Positions 43,688 to 53,848 of a stretch of 59,201 nucleotides of DNA are shown piece after piece. The translations under genes and the position numbers were made by a program. Origin of the DNA: Acetobacter sp. (lineage in GTDB: Bacteria > Pseudomonadota > Alphaproteobacteria > Acetobacterales > Acetobacteraceae); the NCBI GenBank assembly GCA_045615245.1, contig JAZLEM010000023.1, positions 1 to 59,201 of the forward strand. Reading direction: 5' to 3'. Numbering within the stretch: the first letter of the stretch is position 1; the number at the start of each line of letters is the position of its first letter. The notes beneath the pieces were generated by a model. The model saw only the letters and a program-made list of their open reading frames with translations. It ran no database searches and had not been told where the DNA came from.

Positions 43688-44350
43688 TTACTCTCTTTTT
43701 AAGATATAATCTGTGATAAAAGATGAAAAAGTACTCGCTGTAAAATCCTTTTTTAAGCGGTGTTCATCGTATTCGGTTTCAACCCAACGTAAAAAGGGAA
43801 GTCTTCCCTCGGCTTCTGCTTGGTAGTGCAAAAAAAAGGCATCTAGAATGCCTGTACGTGAATGATTAAAGTGTAAATAACGCCACGAGAGTTGTTGGAG
43901 AGCCTGTTGGGCACTTCCGCCTTCAAACAAAATAACAAGTCCTGCCGCTAAACCAGCGCGATCGGCGCCGGATTTACAATGCATGAGCATTGGAAAAGTC
44001 ATCTCTTTGTAAAGTTGTGCAAAACGAAGAATGCGTTCACGGTGTGGAGCATTTCGACTTTCAAAAGCCATGTCCACATGTGTTAGCCCTATGTGTTTTG
44101 CTGTCTGCCGTGAGAGAGCGTCTGACCCACAAGGTCGATGTCCGCGTAAGTTGACGAGAGTGCGTAATCCAAGAACACGTGTGGCTTGGCGCAATCGCGC
44201 AGGGGTTGGATGGTTACAGCGATAAACTTTTTTCGGAATAACGGTATGTTTATTAGACCAAACCAAACGAAAGACTGCATGATCAACAAAAAGACTATCT
44301 GTCCAAGCCCTCAAGTACCCGCGAAAAGAAGAAAGATCGCCATCAAACAT
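43688..44350 (-). CDS. Protein tyrosine/dual-specificity phosphatase family protein
   Basis: CX5R P-loop MHCKSGADRAG, VNLRG. Confidence 0.88.
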   Translation of the reverse strand: MFDGDLSSFRGYLRAWTDSLFVDHAVFRLVWSNKHTVIPKKVYRCNHPTPARLRQATRVLGLRTLVNLRGHRPCGSDALSRQTAKHIGLTHVDMAFESRNAPHRERILRFAQLYKEMTFPMLMHCKSGADRAGLAAGLVILFEGGSAQQALQQLSWRYLHFNHSRTGILDAFFLHYQAEAEGRLPFLRWVETEYDEHRLKKDFTASTFSSFITDYILKRE

Positions 44351-44608
44351 AAATTTTACTCTTGGTGTGTTGAGGGTTGCCTCACGTGGGCAAGTTTGAA
44401 CGATTTCACACCTTTTTTTGCATAAGAGGTTATAAGTTTTCTTATGAGCATGAAAGAATAACTTTCCTAGAAAAGAGAGTTTATATTTTCCGTTTGGGTA
44501 TTTAAGTAAAGAGGTGTGTTGTTCGGTTTGTTCTTAAAGGAACTCTTAAAGATATCTATACCATATTCCGCAATAAGAGAGAATAAGAAACAAAAACGAA
44601 GAAATCTC

Positions 44609-44639
44609 TTGACACGATATATATATATATCTTTAAACC
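44609..44639 (+). promoter_or_regulatory. Putative sigma70 promoter with an (AT)7 microsatellite in the spacer
   Basis: Perfect TTGACA at 44609-44614, (AT)7 at 44617-44630, candidate -10 elements TATCTT (13-bp spacer) or TAAACC (19-bp spacer). Confidence 0.5.
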
Positions 44640-44685
44640 GATCGGGCATTAAGATCGTGTTTTTAGAGTGATAGGAGTTTATACA

Positions 44686-44910
44686 ATGGCAGATGATACA
44701 AAAGCAAAAGTAGCGGCAGGCGTTGGCGCAGCTGGCACAACAGCTGCTATCGGTGCTGCTATGTCTGGGAGTTCGGCAGCAGCGATGACAAGTATATTAG
44801 CTACGCTCGGGTTGGGTAGTATGGCGGCTGGTATCGTTGTTTTGTCAGCGGCTCCTGTAGCAATAGGGGGGCTTGCTTATGGAGCATGGCGCCTCTTCTC
44901 AGACGATTAA
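44686..44910 (+). CDS. Small Gly/Ala-rich hydrophobic membrane protein (74 aa)
   Basis: AGGAG RBS before ATG 44686; hydrophobic small-residue helices; own terminator. Confidence 0.8.
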   Translation: MADDTKAKVAAGVGAAGTTAAIGAAMSGSSAAAMTSILATLGLGSMAAGIVVLSAAPVAIGGLAYGAWRLFSDD

Positions 44911-44955
44911 GTTGAGGACTTTCCTCATTTCTTAAGCGGAAATCCATTAAATATT

Positions 44956-45001
44956 AAAAACTTCTCCTATGCGATATCTCTCACATGGGGGAAGTTTTTT
45001 T
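44956..45001. terminator. Intrinsic terminator after the 74-aa gene
   Basis: AAAAACTTCTCCTATG...CATGGGGGAAGTTTTT stem plus T run. Confidence 0.7.
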
Positions 45002-45481
45002 AATGGAAATTTCAAAAAAAGTTAGTACATATCTAACATATTTTGAGTTAAAAAATTTCTTTACATATATATTACGTATGTGTACAGGAAAAAGTTTGTT
45101 TGGGATGAGTTGGGTGGCATAAATGATACAAATTGTCATCGTTAGCACAATTGTTTTTGCTTATAACGTGTAACTTATTAAAGTTGTTAAAGTTAAAAGT
45201 ACTACTGTAAGCTTACCACGTGTTAAGGACATAAAAGCATTCATTTTCCTGAAAGATATTGATTTTAAAGAAAATTTTTAGAAAGATGGGTTTTAATTAT
45301 TGCGGTATCAAATATAGTGTAGAAATATTTGTTATCGTTGTTTTGTGCCAATCTTCGCCAGTATGGGGTTTTTTGTAAATTTAAAATTGTATTTTAAAGA
45401 GTAAGAGTTTTATTATATTTTAATCTTCTTTTATTAAAAATGCCTGTATTTTTATAGCCGAACGGGTATTTTCAAAGGAAA

Positions 45482-46648
45482 TTGTTTTCTCACATGTCTT
45501 TTCTTGCGTCTCGGGCAGGTGCTATTTTATCTATTGATTTGGCAGCATTAGCACGTAATTATGCTTTTGTTGCCCGGCATGCTTCTACAGCTATTTGTGC
45601 CGCTGTTGTTAAGGCTAATGCGTACGGATTAGGGATGGTAAATATTGCGCCTGCCCTCGAGCGCGCTGGTGTGCGAGAGTTTTTTGTTGCCCACGTTGAT
45701 GAAGGGCTTATGTTACGTTCGGTTATTTCTCAACAATCGCAGATTACAGTTTTACACACGGCTACTATAGAAGCAATAGAGAGCTGTTTCGCCTATGGTC
45801 TTCGACCTGTTTTGGATAGCCTCGAACAAATCTATTGGGCACGTTCCATAGCACATCAACGTGAAAAACATATCAATGTTGCGTTACAAATTGACACAGG
45901 TATGTCTCGTTTAGGGCTTTCTCAAAATGAAATAAAAGCTCTTATAGAAAATCCAATAGCCTTGGATGGAGTTTCTTTGAGTTTGATTATGAGCCATCTT
46001 GCCTGTGCCGATACGCCGAAACATCCTGCAAATGCACAGCAACTTGCACGTTTTCGTCGGTATGTAGATCTATTACCTCGAGCTCCTCTTAGTCTTGCTG
46101 CGTCTTCAGGGATATTTTTAGGAGAAGAATATCATTTTAATCTTGTTAGACCAGGGGCAGCGCTCTACGGTGTTAATCCCTGTCCTGTACATCCTAATCC
46201 GTTAGAGGCGGTTGTGCACTTACAAGCGCGTATTCTACAAACGCGTGTTTTGGATAAAGGGGATTGTGTTGGATATGGTTTAACATGGCGAGCAGAGAAG
46301 CCCCATCGCGTGGCGACAATTGGTGTTGGTTATGCTCATGGTTTTGCGCGACATGGTGCCACAACAGGGTGTGCGTGGTTTAAAGGGTATCGTTTGCCTA
46401 TACTCGGACGTATTTCAATGGATTCTATGACAGTCGATATTTCGAGCGTTCCAGAAAATCAACTGCAAGGCGAAAATAAGGTGGATCTTCTTAATAAAAC
46501 CTATGGTGTTGATGATCTTGCCAAGGTGCAGGGTACCATTGGTTATGAGATCTTAACCTCATTAGGGCGATGTCATCATCGTTTTTATACTTATAACACA
46601 GACTATTCCTCTAAAAAAGATGAGATATGTTTACAACACATCTCATAA
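45482..46648 (+). CDS. alr: Alanine racemase
   Basis: AVVKANAYGLG (PLP Lys), DTGMSRLG, MSHLACAD, VGYG, GTIGYE. Confidence 0.93.
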   Translation: MFSHMSFLASRAGAILSIDLAALARNYAFVARHASTAICAAVVKANAYGLGMVNIAPALERAGVREFFVAHVDEGLMLRSVISQQSQITVLHTATIEAIESCFAYGLRPVLDSLEQIYWARSIAHQREKHINVALQIDTGMSRLGLSQNEIKALIENPIALDGVSLSLIMSHLACADTPKHPANAQQLARFRRYVDLLPRAPLSLAASSGIFLGEEYHFNLVRPGAALYGVNPCPVHPNPLEAVVHLQARILQTRVLDKGDCVGYGLTWRAEKPHRVATIGVGYAHGFARHGATTGCAWFKGYRLPILGRISMDSMTVDISSVPENQLQGENKVDLLNKTYGVDDLAKVQGTIGYEILTSLGRCHHRFYTYNTDYSSKKDEICLQHIS

Positions 46649-46666
46649 GGGGTTATGTAATAACTA

Positions 46667-48229
46667 ATGTTCATAATACGAGCCATAACGCGTGCTATAA
46701 CGATATTTTGTCTATCACAACTGTCTTTATTACCCGTTGTTGATAGTTTTTGTTACGCTGAAGGTAAAAATACCATAGTGCACAAAACTAGGGAGAATAA
46801 AAAATCTACCTCTCCCATAATGTCTTCTCTTGTCGTACATGCACCGTATGATTATGTTTCTGTACATGATAGGGTGATGATCGCTGAATTAGAAGCACGA
46901 ACATTTCAATGGTTTTGGGATTCAGCCGACCCTGTTACAGGGTTGGTGCCTGATCGTTATCCTTCTGATCAGAAGCAGGCAAGTATTGCCTCTGTAGGTT
47001 TTGCGTTAACAGCCTATGGTATTGGCGTTTATCGGGGGTATATTACGCGTGAGCAAGCCATAGAACGTACGTTACGTACGTTACGTACGTTATTACGTTT
47101 GCCTCAAAATGCGACAGTTGCAAATGCAGCAGGCTACAACGGTTTTTTTTATCATTTTCTTAATCCGCAAACAGGGTTACGTTTGAATCAGAATATTGAG
47201 CTTTCAAGTATTGATACGGCTCTGTTGATGCAAGGGGTTTTGTTTGCGCAGAATTTCTATAATCATGCCACAGTTCAAGAACGTGAGATACGGCAGCTCG
47301 CTAAACTTCTTTTTGATAGAGTGAACTGGCGTTGGATGTTACGACCCGATCATAGGGTTAGTATGGGCTGGACACCAGAACACGGTTTTTTGCCAAGTTA
47401 TTGGGAAGGGTATAGCGAGGGGATGATGATTTATATCCTCGGGCTAGGGTCACCTACTCATGCGTTGGATCCTATCTCTTGGAAAGCATGGTTAGCCACG
47501 AATCAAAAACGCTGGGGGTTTTTTTACGGGCAGACATTTCTTAATTTTGCCCCATTGTTTGGGCATCAATACAGTCACGCTTGGATTGATTTTCGTGGTA
47601 TTCGTGACGCGTGGAGTAAACAAAAAGGGTTAGATTATTTTGAGAATAGCCGTCGTGCCGTTTATGCCCAACGTAATTATGCACAACATAATCCTAATAA
47701 GTGGAAAGGCTATGGGGCAAATGTTTGGGGGTTCACGGCTTGCGATGGTCCTGCGAATACAACGATGGTCCAAAGGGGACATTTGCACCATTTTATGACT
47801 TATTCTGCTCGTGGTGTTGGACGTGATTATCAACTTGATGACGGTACTTTGGCGCCAACAGCTGTTGGTGGGTCTATCGTTTTTGCACCGGAGATTGTTA
47901 TTCCTGCTCTTCGTACTATGAAAAAACTTTACGGGAAACAAATTTATGGTAAATACGGATTTGTTGATGCATTTAATCCAAGTTATTGCCCCACAGGAAG
48001 TAAAGATTTTTGGGCTGATAACACTTATTTAGGTATTGATCAAGGACCTATTCTGTTAATGATCGAAAATTGGCGTAGCCAACTTGTTTGGCAAACGATG
48101 AAACATAGTACCGTTATTCGTCATGGGTTATTACAAGCAGGCTTTCAAGGTGGATGGTTAGGTCAAACTTTATCTTTACTAAAAACAAAGAAAAAATATC
48201 GACACAAACCAACAAAGCACATACCCTGA
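46667..48229 (+). CDS. Secreted glucoamylase-like / GH144 (beta-1,2-glucanase-like) glycoside hydrolase
   Basis: TGLVPDR, GFFYHF, ELSSIDTALL, WEGYSE, PLFGHQYSH.WIDFRG, YLGIDQGP. Confidence 0.8.
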   Translation: MFIIRAITRAITIFCLSQLSLLPVVDSFCYAEGKNTIVHKTRENKKSTSPIMSSLVVHAPYDYVSVHDRVMIAELEARTFQWFWDSADPVTGLVPDRYPSDQKQASIASVGFALTAYGIGVYRGYITREQAIERTLRTLRTLLRLPQNATVANAAGYNGFFYHFLNPQTGLRLNQNIELSSIDTALLMQGVLFAQNFYNHATVQEREIRQLAKLLFDRVNWRWMLRPDHRVSMGWTPEHGFLPSYWEGYSEGMMIYILGLGSPTHALDPISWKAWLATNQKRWGFFYGQTFLNFAPLFGHQYSHAWIDFRGIRDAWSKQKGLDYFENSRRAVYAQRNYAQHNPNKWKGYGANVWGFTACDGPANTTMVQRGHLHHFMTYSARGVGRDYQLDDGTLAPTAVGGSIVFAPEIVIPALRTMKKLYGKQIYGKYGFVDAFNPSYCPTGSKDFWADNTYLGIDQGPILLMIENWRSQLVWQTMKHSTVIRHGLLQAGFQGGWLGQTLSLLKTKKKYRHKPTKHIP

Positions 48230-48700
48230 TGAAAAGGTTAATTTTTCTTGGATAGGGATAATAATTGACTTCATTATCTCTTATTAGGCTGGCAATTCCT
48301 AAAAAAGTATCTAATTTTGATTTTTCTTTTCATTGTGTGTTATGAAAAACTATAATGACATCAGCACTATCTTCATGCTGTTCAACATCTTCAAGACAAA
48401 CAGGCTCTTGTGTTCTAATGCTTTCTTTTTCTAAATTACCAGATAACTTTTGCCACGCATCTTTCTCTTCCCACCTAATAACATGAAGCTTGTAACCACA
48501 TTGTTACAGATCTAATTATTGAGCTAGGACTGTATTTTTTTTGCTGGGCATCATCAGTCACTTTCTGGATACTGGCATCAATAGTGTGTTTCTTATCCTC
48601 GACTTTCTTTTAAAGGTTTTTTCAATGTGAGGGGGCTTTTTAGAGTCTTTGATTTAATTAAATTAAATTAAATAAATATAGAAAAATTGCTCCTAACACA

Positions 48701-48729
48701 AAGCCTCACCCTATTACAGGGTAAGGCTT
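48701..48729 (-). terminator. Terminator-like hairpin about 130 bp downstream of the fumarase gene
   Basis: AAGCCTCACCCT...AGGGTAAGGCTT inverted repeat. Confidence 0.6.
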
Positions 48730-48862
48730 CGCTGGAACAAACATAAAAAAACAAAAAATTACTCGCCAGAACTCCTCACACTTATAGACTGCACTACGCT
48801 TACTTTATCTTTCGATGTTTGTTAATGAAAACGAAGACTCGTGTAATGAGGAGGACGAGAGA

Positions 48863-50491
48863 CTATAGATCAGTAAAAAAATCATTCCCTTTATCGTCAA
48901 TAACAATAAAAGCAGGGAAGTTTTCGACTTCAATTTTCCAAACGGCTTCCATGCCTAGTTCAGGGTACTCCAGCACTTGAACATGGCGGATACAGTCTTT
49001 TGCTAAACGTGCTGCAGGGCCACCAATAGAGCCAAGATAAAAACCGCCGTGTTTTTGGCAAGCATCTCTTACAATTTTAGAACGATTACCTTTGGCGAGC
49101 ATCACGTATGATCCACCGTTGGCTTGTAACTCATCAACATAAGTATCCATGCGTCCTGCTGTAGTTGGTCCAAAAGAGCCTGTTGGCATATCTTTTGGCG
49201 TTTTAGCGGGTCCGGCATAATAAATAGGATGATCTTTAAGGTATTGGGGCAGTCCCTCTCCACGTTGCAAACGTTCGCGGAATTTAGCATGTGCGATATC
49301 ACGTGCAACAATCAATGTTCCGGTGAGAGATAAACGAGTTTTAACGGGGTATTTTGATAATTCTTTGCGAATCTCATCCATTGGACGGCTTAAATCTATA
49401 TTGACTGCCTCACCTCCTAAATGTTCATCGGTAATTTCTGGAAGAAAACGCGCCGGATCATGCTCGAGTTGTTCGAGGAAAATACCTTCTGCTGTAATTC
49501 GTGCTTTAATTTGACGGTCAGCCGAGCAAGAGACCCCAATGCCTACAGGGAGAGAAGCTCCATGGCGTGGGAGTCTTACAACTCGTACATCGTGACAGAA
49601 ATACTTACCACCAAATTGGGCACCAATGCCTAATTTTCGGGTGAGGTCTAGAACTTTATGTTCCATATCAAGATCCCGAAAGGCATGGGCTGTCATGTCT
49701 CCGGATGTAGGTAAAGCATCATACCAATGGGTTGAGGCCAGTTTAACAGTTTTTAGGGTTTGTTCAGCTGACATACCGCCAATAACAATGGCTAAATGAT
49801 AGGGAGGGCAGGCTGCTGTGCCGAGTGTACGGATCTTTGCATCTAACCACGTCAATAAATGTTGTTCAGACCCTAGTAAAGCACGTGTTTCTTGGAAAAG
49901 GAAAGTTTTATTTGCAGACCCTCCACCCTTAGCCACAAACATTAAGCTGAGTTCTTCATCATGTACACCCGCAGGACTTGCAAGAATATCACACTGTACA
50001 GGGAGGTTTGTACCGGTGTTTTTTTCTTCAAACATTGTGAGAGGTGCCATTTGAGAATAACGTAAATTGGTGTGTGTATAGGTTTCATAAACACCTTTGA
50101 AAAAAGCGATCTCCTCATTATCCTCAATCCAAACGTGTTGTCCTTTTTTACCAAAAACAATAGCAGTCCCTGTATCTTGGCACATGGGCAACACTTCACC
50201 AGCCGCAATACAGGCATTTTTAAGCATATCAAAAGCTACAAAACGATCATTGTCTGATGCTTCAGGGTCTTTAAGAATAAGAGCTAATTTTTCTAAATGG
50301 CTTGCTCGTAAAAAATGAGCGACTTCGTGAAAAGCTTTTGCTGTTAATTTTGTAAGGGCATCAGAGGTGATGTGGACAATAGTACGTCCATGGCATACCG
50401 ATGTACTTACACCAGATATGTCAAGTTTACGGTAAGTGGTTGTATCTTGTCCTAATGGAAAGAGAGATGAATAAGTAAAAGGGGGTGTCAT
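48863..50491 (-). CDS. fumA: Class I (Fe-S) fumarate hydratase
   Basis: [38 protein letters not shown]. Confidence 0.95.
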   Translation of the reverse strand: MTPPFTYSSLFPLGQDTTTYRKLDISGVSTSVCHGRTIVHITSDALTKLTAKAFHEVAHFLRASHLEKLALILKDPEASDNDRFVAFDMLKNACIAAGEVLPMCQDTGTAIVFGKKGQHVWIEDNEEIAFFKGVYETYTHTNLRYSQMAPLTMFEEKNTGTNLPVQCDILASPAGVHDEELSLMFVAKGGGSANKTFLFQETRALLGSEQHLLTWLDAKIRTLGTAACPPYHLAIVIGGMSAEQTLKTVKLASTHWYDALPTSGDMTAHAFRDLDMEHKVLDLTRKLGIGAQFGGKYFCHDVRVVRLPRHGASLPVGIGVSCSADRQIKARITAEGIFLEQLEHDPARFLPEITDEHLGGEAVNIDLSRPMDEIRKELSKYPVKTRLSLTGTLIVARDIAHAKFRERLQRGEGLPQYLKDHPIYYAGPAKTPKDMPTGSFGPTTAGRMDTYVDELQANGGSYVMLAKGNRSKIVRDACQKHGGFYLGSIGGPAARLAKDCIRHVQVLEYPELGMEAVWKIEVENFPAFIVIDDKGNDFFTDL

Positions 50492-50549
50492 AGCTTTAAT
50501 ACTCCTTATACGACGTTGTTATAATAATATTACATAATGATGCATGAGG

Positions 50550-51104
50550 TTACGATGAATGAGGAGGTGGGACACTCTTCTTTTTGCGAAAAGCATCAAG
50601 GCTAACAACACTAGGGGGGGAGACTGCTGTGCTCTCTGATGTTTCTCTTTCTTGTGTTATGTCAAGCTTCTTAGTATTGTTGATTTCTTCTTTTTCTCCT
50701 GTTTCTACTAAAAAGCACAAGTCGAGGTGGATGGCAGGGTCTGCAAAGCGAGTGACAGCTTTAAAAGGAATCACAAGATGAGAAGAAACGCCACTAAAAG
50801 AAAGTGTTACTGAAAAAGCGTGGGTTTGGTGATTAACAGTGAGGTCCCAAAACTGATTACGGAAAATAATTGTCATTTCATGGGGATATTGAGCACGAAG
50901 TCTCTGGGGTATATCAACGCCAGGAAAATCTGTGCGAAATGTTATAAAAAAATGGTGTTCTCCAACACGCCCGTGATGGCTAAAAAAATCAAGAGCACGG
51001 GACATGACCATACGGTACGCTTCATCGAGCCAATAGCCGTAAGGCATTTTACTTTCAGAAAGAAAAAGAGATGACCCATCTATTGTATCGTCATCGTCTG
51101 CCAT
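50550..51104 (-). CDS. sspB: ClpXP adaptor SspB (alphaproteobacterial type)
   Basis: GEHHFFITFRT, YPHEMTI, FADP, C-terminal VVSLDAFRKK; adjacent to ssrA. Confidence 0.92.
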   Translation of the reverse strand: MADDDDTIDGSSLFLSESKMPYGYWLDEAYRMVMSRALDFFSHHGRVGEHHFFITFRTDFPGVDIPQRLRAQYPHEMTIIFRNQFWDLTVNHQTHAFSVTLSFSGVSSHLVIPFKAVTRFADPAIHLDLCFLVETGEKEEINNTKKLDITQERETSESTAVSPPSVVSLDAFRKKKSVPPPHSS

Positions 51105-51172
51105 ATTGAACACCTCATCATTGATTCGTTATCTGTCCCTGATGTAGTCCTTAGTTCGACTATAACTCAAAA

Positions 51173-51207
51173 CAAGGATAATCAAGGATAATTAAAACAA
51201 GGATAAT
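51173..51207. repeat. Three copies of CAAGGATAAT
   Basis: Copies at 51173, 51183 and 51198, between ssrA and sspB. Confidence 0.8.
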
Positions 51208-51243
51208 AGATAAAAATAAGCTGTCATTAAAAATGGCTAAACT

Positions 51244-51522
51244 ATGGAAAGCTTCTGTTGCCCGGTGCTTTCCAAACCGCGCTTATCGCTTATGCTGCGA
51301 CAGCGAGCACCTCAGAATCATCGTTGGCACTTGTAAAATTAGCCCGATAACGGTGGTACAATACCGAGCAAAAGAAATGCCTTTACTACGCGTGTCGATC
51401 CTATTTCGTCCCCTCAGTTAAACCAAACTAGATATTGAAGTTCTTGGTGGAGACGCCGGGTACCGCCCCCGGGTCCACTACGCTTATTCTGCACTTCGTT
51501 TATTGCTATAGTTAAGAAACAC
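51244..51522 (-). ncRNA. ssrA: Circularly permuted two-piece tmRNA; tag ANDDSEVLAVAA
   Basis: Acceptor piece ends ...CTCCACCA at 51445; 31-nt intervening sequence; coding piece starts GGGGACGAAATAGGATCGAC at 51413; tag ORF at 51328-51290; outer ends approximate. Confidence 0.93.
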
Positions 51523-51763
51523 GTCTTAACGTTCTTTCTTTATCATGTAAACGTAACTAAGCGCAAGTGTGTTTTTCTTGTGAAAGAATTAAAAGAATCA
51601 AGGTGTGGGTGAGTTGGTGCGATGACAGAAGTTAAAGCTGGCAAAAGTAAAAATTGAATTTATTTAAAAGGCATGGAAAAATCGTGAAAATAATATGTTG
51701 TAAGGATTCTATAATGATTTATAACAATTTTGGATGATTGATAATTTACATTGGTGATTTTTT

Positions 51764-52648
51764 GTGATGAATATACTTAACGACACGACAACAAATCGTT
51801 CTGTGGTGCCTGCTATTGAAGCATTGCTTTTAAAGCCATGTCCTGTGCTAAATCATGGTTTTGTTTCGGTTGTTGATTATATGGGAGATGACGAAGCTAT
51901 TTGCCAAGCTGCGCGTGTTTCTTATGGAAAAGGAACGAGAAGCGTTTCTGATAATAGAAATCTGATCAATTATCTGATGAGGCATAGACATACCTCTCCA
52001 TTTGAAATGTGTGTGATTAAACTTCATTTGAAAATGCCTTTGTTTGTAGCGAGACAATGGGTACGTCATCGTATGGCGAGTATCAATGAATATTCAGCAA
52101 GATACTCTGTTCTTGATAAAGAGTTTTATGTTCCAGAAGAAAGTGTTATTTGTAATCAAAGCAAAAATAATAAACAAGGACGAGGGGAGCAAATCTCTTC
52201 TCAAAAAGCGTGTGAAATCGCTCGACGTTTAGAAGATGAGGCAAAACAAACTTATCATACCTATGAAATCCTATTGGGAGAAGATTATAATGTCGCGCGG
52301 GAACTCGCCAGGATCAATTTGCCTTTAAGTATGTATACCCAGTTTTATTGGAAAATAGACTTGCATAATCTCTTTCATTTTTTAGCATTGCGGTGCGATG
52401 GGCATGCACAATACGAAATACGAGAATATGCTCATATTATTTTAGACATTGTAGAAAAATGGGTACCCCTTGCTTTTGCGGCATTTAAAGAATACAGATT
52501 AGATGCTGTCACTCTTTCTCATACGATGGTAACCGTTTTACAACGTATGCTAGCAGGGGAAGATGTTCAGCAGGAAAATTCTGGTCTGACAAAGAGAGAA
52601 TGGGAAGAGTTTATAGAAAAATTTCCCTCCCCATGTTCATGTCCTTAA
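51764..52648 (+). CDS. thyX: FAD-dependent thymidylate synthase
   Basis: AARVSY, HTSPFE, RHRMASINEYSARY, HAQYEIR. Confidence 0.96.
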   Translation: MMNILNDTTTNRSVVPAIEALLLKPCPVLNHGFVSVVDYMGDDEAICQAARVSYGKGTRSVSDNRNLINYLMRHRHTSPFEMCVIKLHLKMPLFVARQWVRHRMASINEYSARYSVLDKEFYVPEESVICNQSKNNKQGRGEQISSQKACEIARRLEDEAKQTYHTYEILLGEDYNVARELARINLPLSMYTQFYWKIDLHNLFHFLALRCDGHAQYEIREYAHIILDIVEKWVPLAFAAFKEYRLDAVTLSHTMVTVLQRMLAGEDVQQENSGLTKREWEEFIEKFPSPCSCP

Positions 52649-52771
52649 TGACGTTATAATTGCTCTAATGTATGGGAGCATTTGAATATGCATGTGGACA
52701 AATGGTAAAAGTTTCTTTTGATGTTGGTTAAATAACTCTAAATATCTAGGTTTTAGGGCAGTGAGTCGGTT

Positions 52772-53848
52772 TTAAGGAGATGTTTCATTGTGTTTTTGAA
52801 GGCGGAGGCTTTGTATTAAAGTACGGATAATACGTTGCCAAGAGTGTGCGCTTTCGCTATGAGGGGTATCGAGAAGAAGAGGGATTCCTTTATCACCGCT
52901 TGTACGAATATCAGCGAAAAGAGGAATTTCTCCAAGAAATGGAACCCCTATAGTCTCGGCTTCTTGTCGCGCACCTGTATAGCCGAAAATGTCAGTTTTA
53001 TTTCCACAATGGGGGCAACAAAAATAAGACATGTTTTCAATAAGTCCTATAATAGGGATAGAGGCTTTTTCAAACAGGCTAACAGCACGTCGTACATCGA
53101 TGAGAGCAATATCCTGAGGGGTTGAAACAATAATGGCACCTGTTAAATGCGTTTTTTGAATAATTGAAAGTTGTGCATCCCCCGTTCCAGGAGGAAGATC
53201 AATGAAGAGGACATCGAGCATTCCCCAATCGGCATCTCTTAGAAGTTGGTTTATAGCGCCCATAACCATAGGACCGCGCCAAATCATCGCGTCTTTTTCT
53301 TCAACCATCATGCCCAGAGAGAGGGCTTTAATACCCCATTTATTGATAGGTTGAATTTTGCCTTCCACAACCTTTGGCTTGTTTTGTATCCCTAACATAC
53401 GATGGAGTGAAGGACCATAAATATCGGCATCCATTAAACCCGTTTTAAGCCCTGCTAGACCAAACCCAACAGCAAGATGAACAGCTGTTGTTGATTTGCC
53501 AACGCCACCTTTACCTGAAGCAATGGCAATAACCGTCTTAACATGAGGCAATAGGGTGGAGGAGGTTTTGTGGAAGATGTTGGGAGGGATTTTACGATGG
53601 GCTGTCAGAATAATATTGGCTTTTTGAACACCAGGTAACGTTTCAAATTGACGACTTGCCGACGGACAAAGTGGAGAGAGTATTTCGGCTTGTTCACGCG
53701 GAATGGTGAGAGTCAGGGTTAAAAGACCATCTTTAAGAAAATAACTCTGGATTTGTCCTTGAGAGGCAAGAGAAACACCTGTTACAGGGTCTGATACCGT
53801 AGCTAAAACGGCGAGAATATCATTAGAAGAAAAGGTAATTTGTGTCAT
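52772..53848 (-). CDS. mrp: Mrp/ApbC Fe-S cluster carrier ATPase
   Basis: ASGKGGVGKST, DADIYGPS, WRGPM, DLPPGTGD, ENMS...CPHC. Confidence 0.95.
   Translation of the reverse strand: MTQITFSSNDILAVLATVSDPVTGVSLASQGQIQSYFLKDGLLTLTLTIPREQAEILSPLCPSASRQFETLPGVQKANIILTAHRKIPPNIFHKTSSTLLPHVKTVIAIASGKGGVGKSTTAVHLAVGFGLAGLKTGLMDADIYGPSLHRMLGIQNKPKVVEGKIQPINKWGIKALSLGMMVEEKDAMIWRGPMVMGAINQLLRDADWGMLDVLFIDLPPGTGDAQLSIIQKTHLTGAIIVSTPQDIALIDVRRAVSLFEKASIPIIGLIENMSYFCCPHCGNKTDIFGYTGARQEAETIGVPFLGEIPLFADIRTSGDKGIPLLLDTPHSESAHSWQRIIRTLIQSLRLQKHNETSP

Noticed and set aside
47065-47091. ACGTACGTT x3 tandem repeat in the glucanase gene
   Set aside because: It is a 9-bp in-frame unit (RTL x3) within an ordinary helix and cannot cause a frameshift.
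51173-51207. Possible CRISPR-like array
   Set aside because: The repeats are only 10 bp with no unique spacers, and there are no cas genes; no CRISPR array was seen in the window.
51244-51522. Permuted tmRNA as a novelty, and ORF 51233-51421
   Set aside because: Two-piece tmRNA is standard in Alphaproteobacteria; the ORF is antisense to it.
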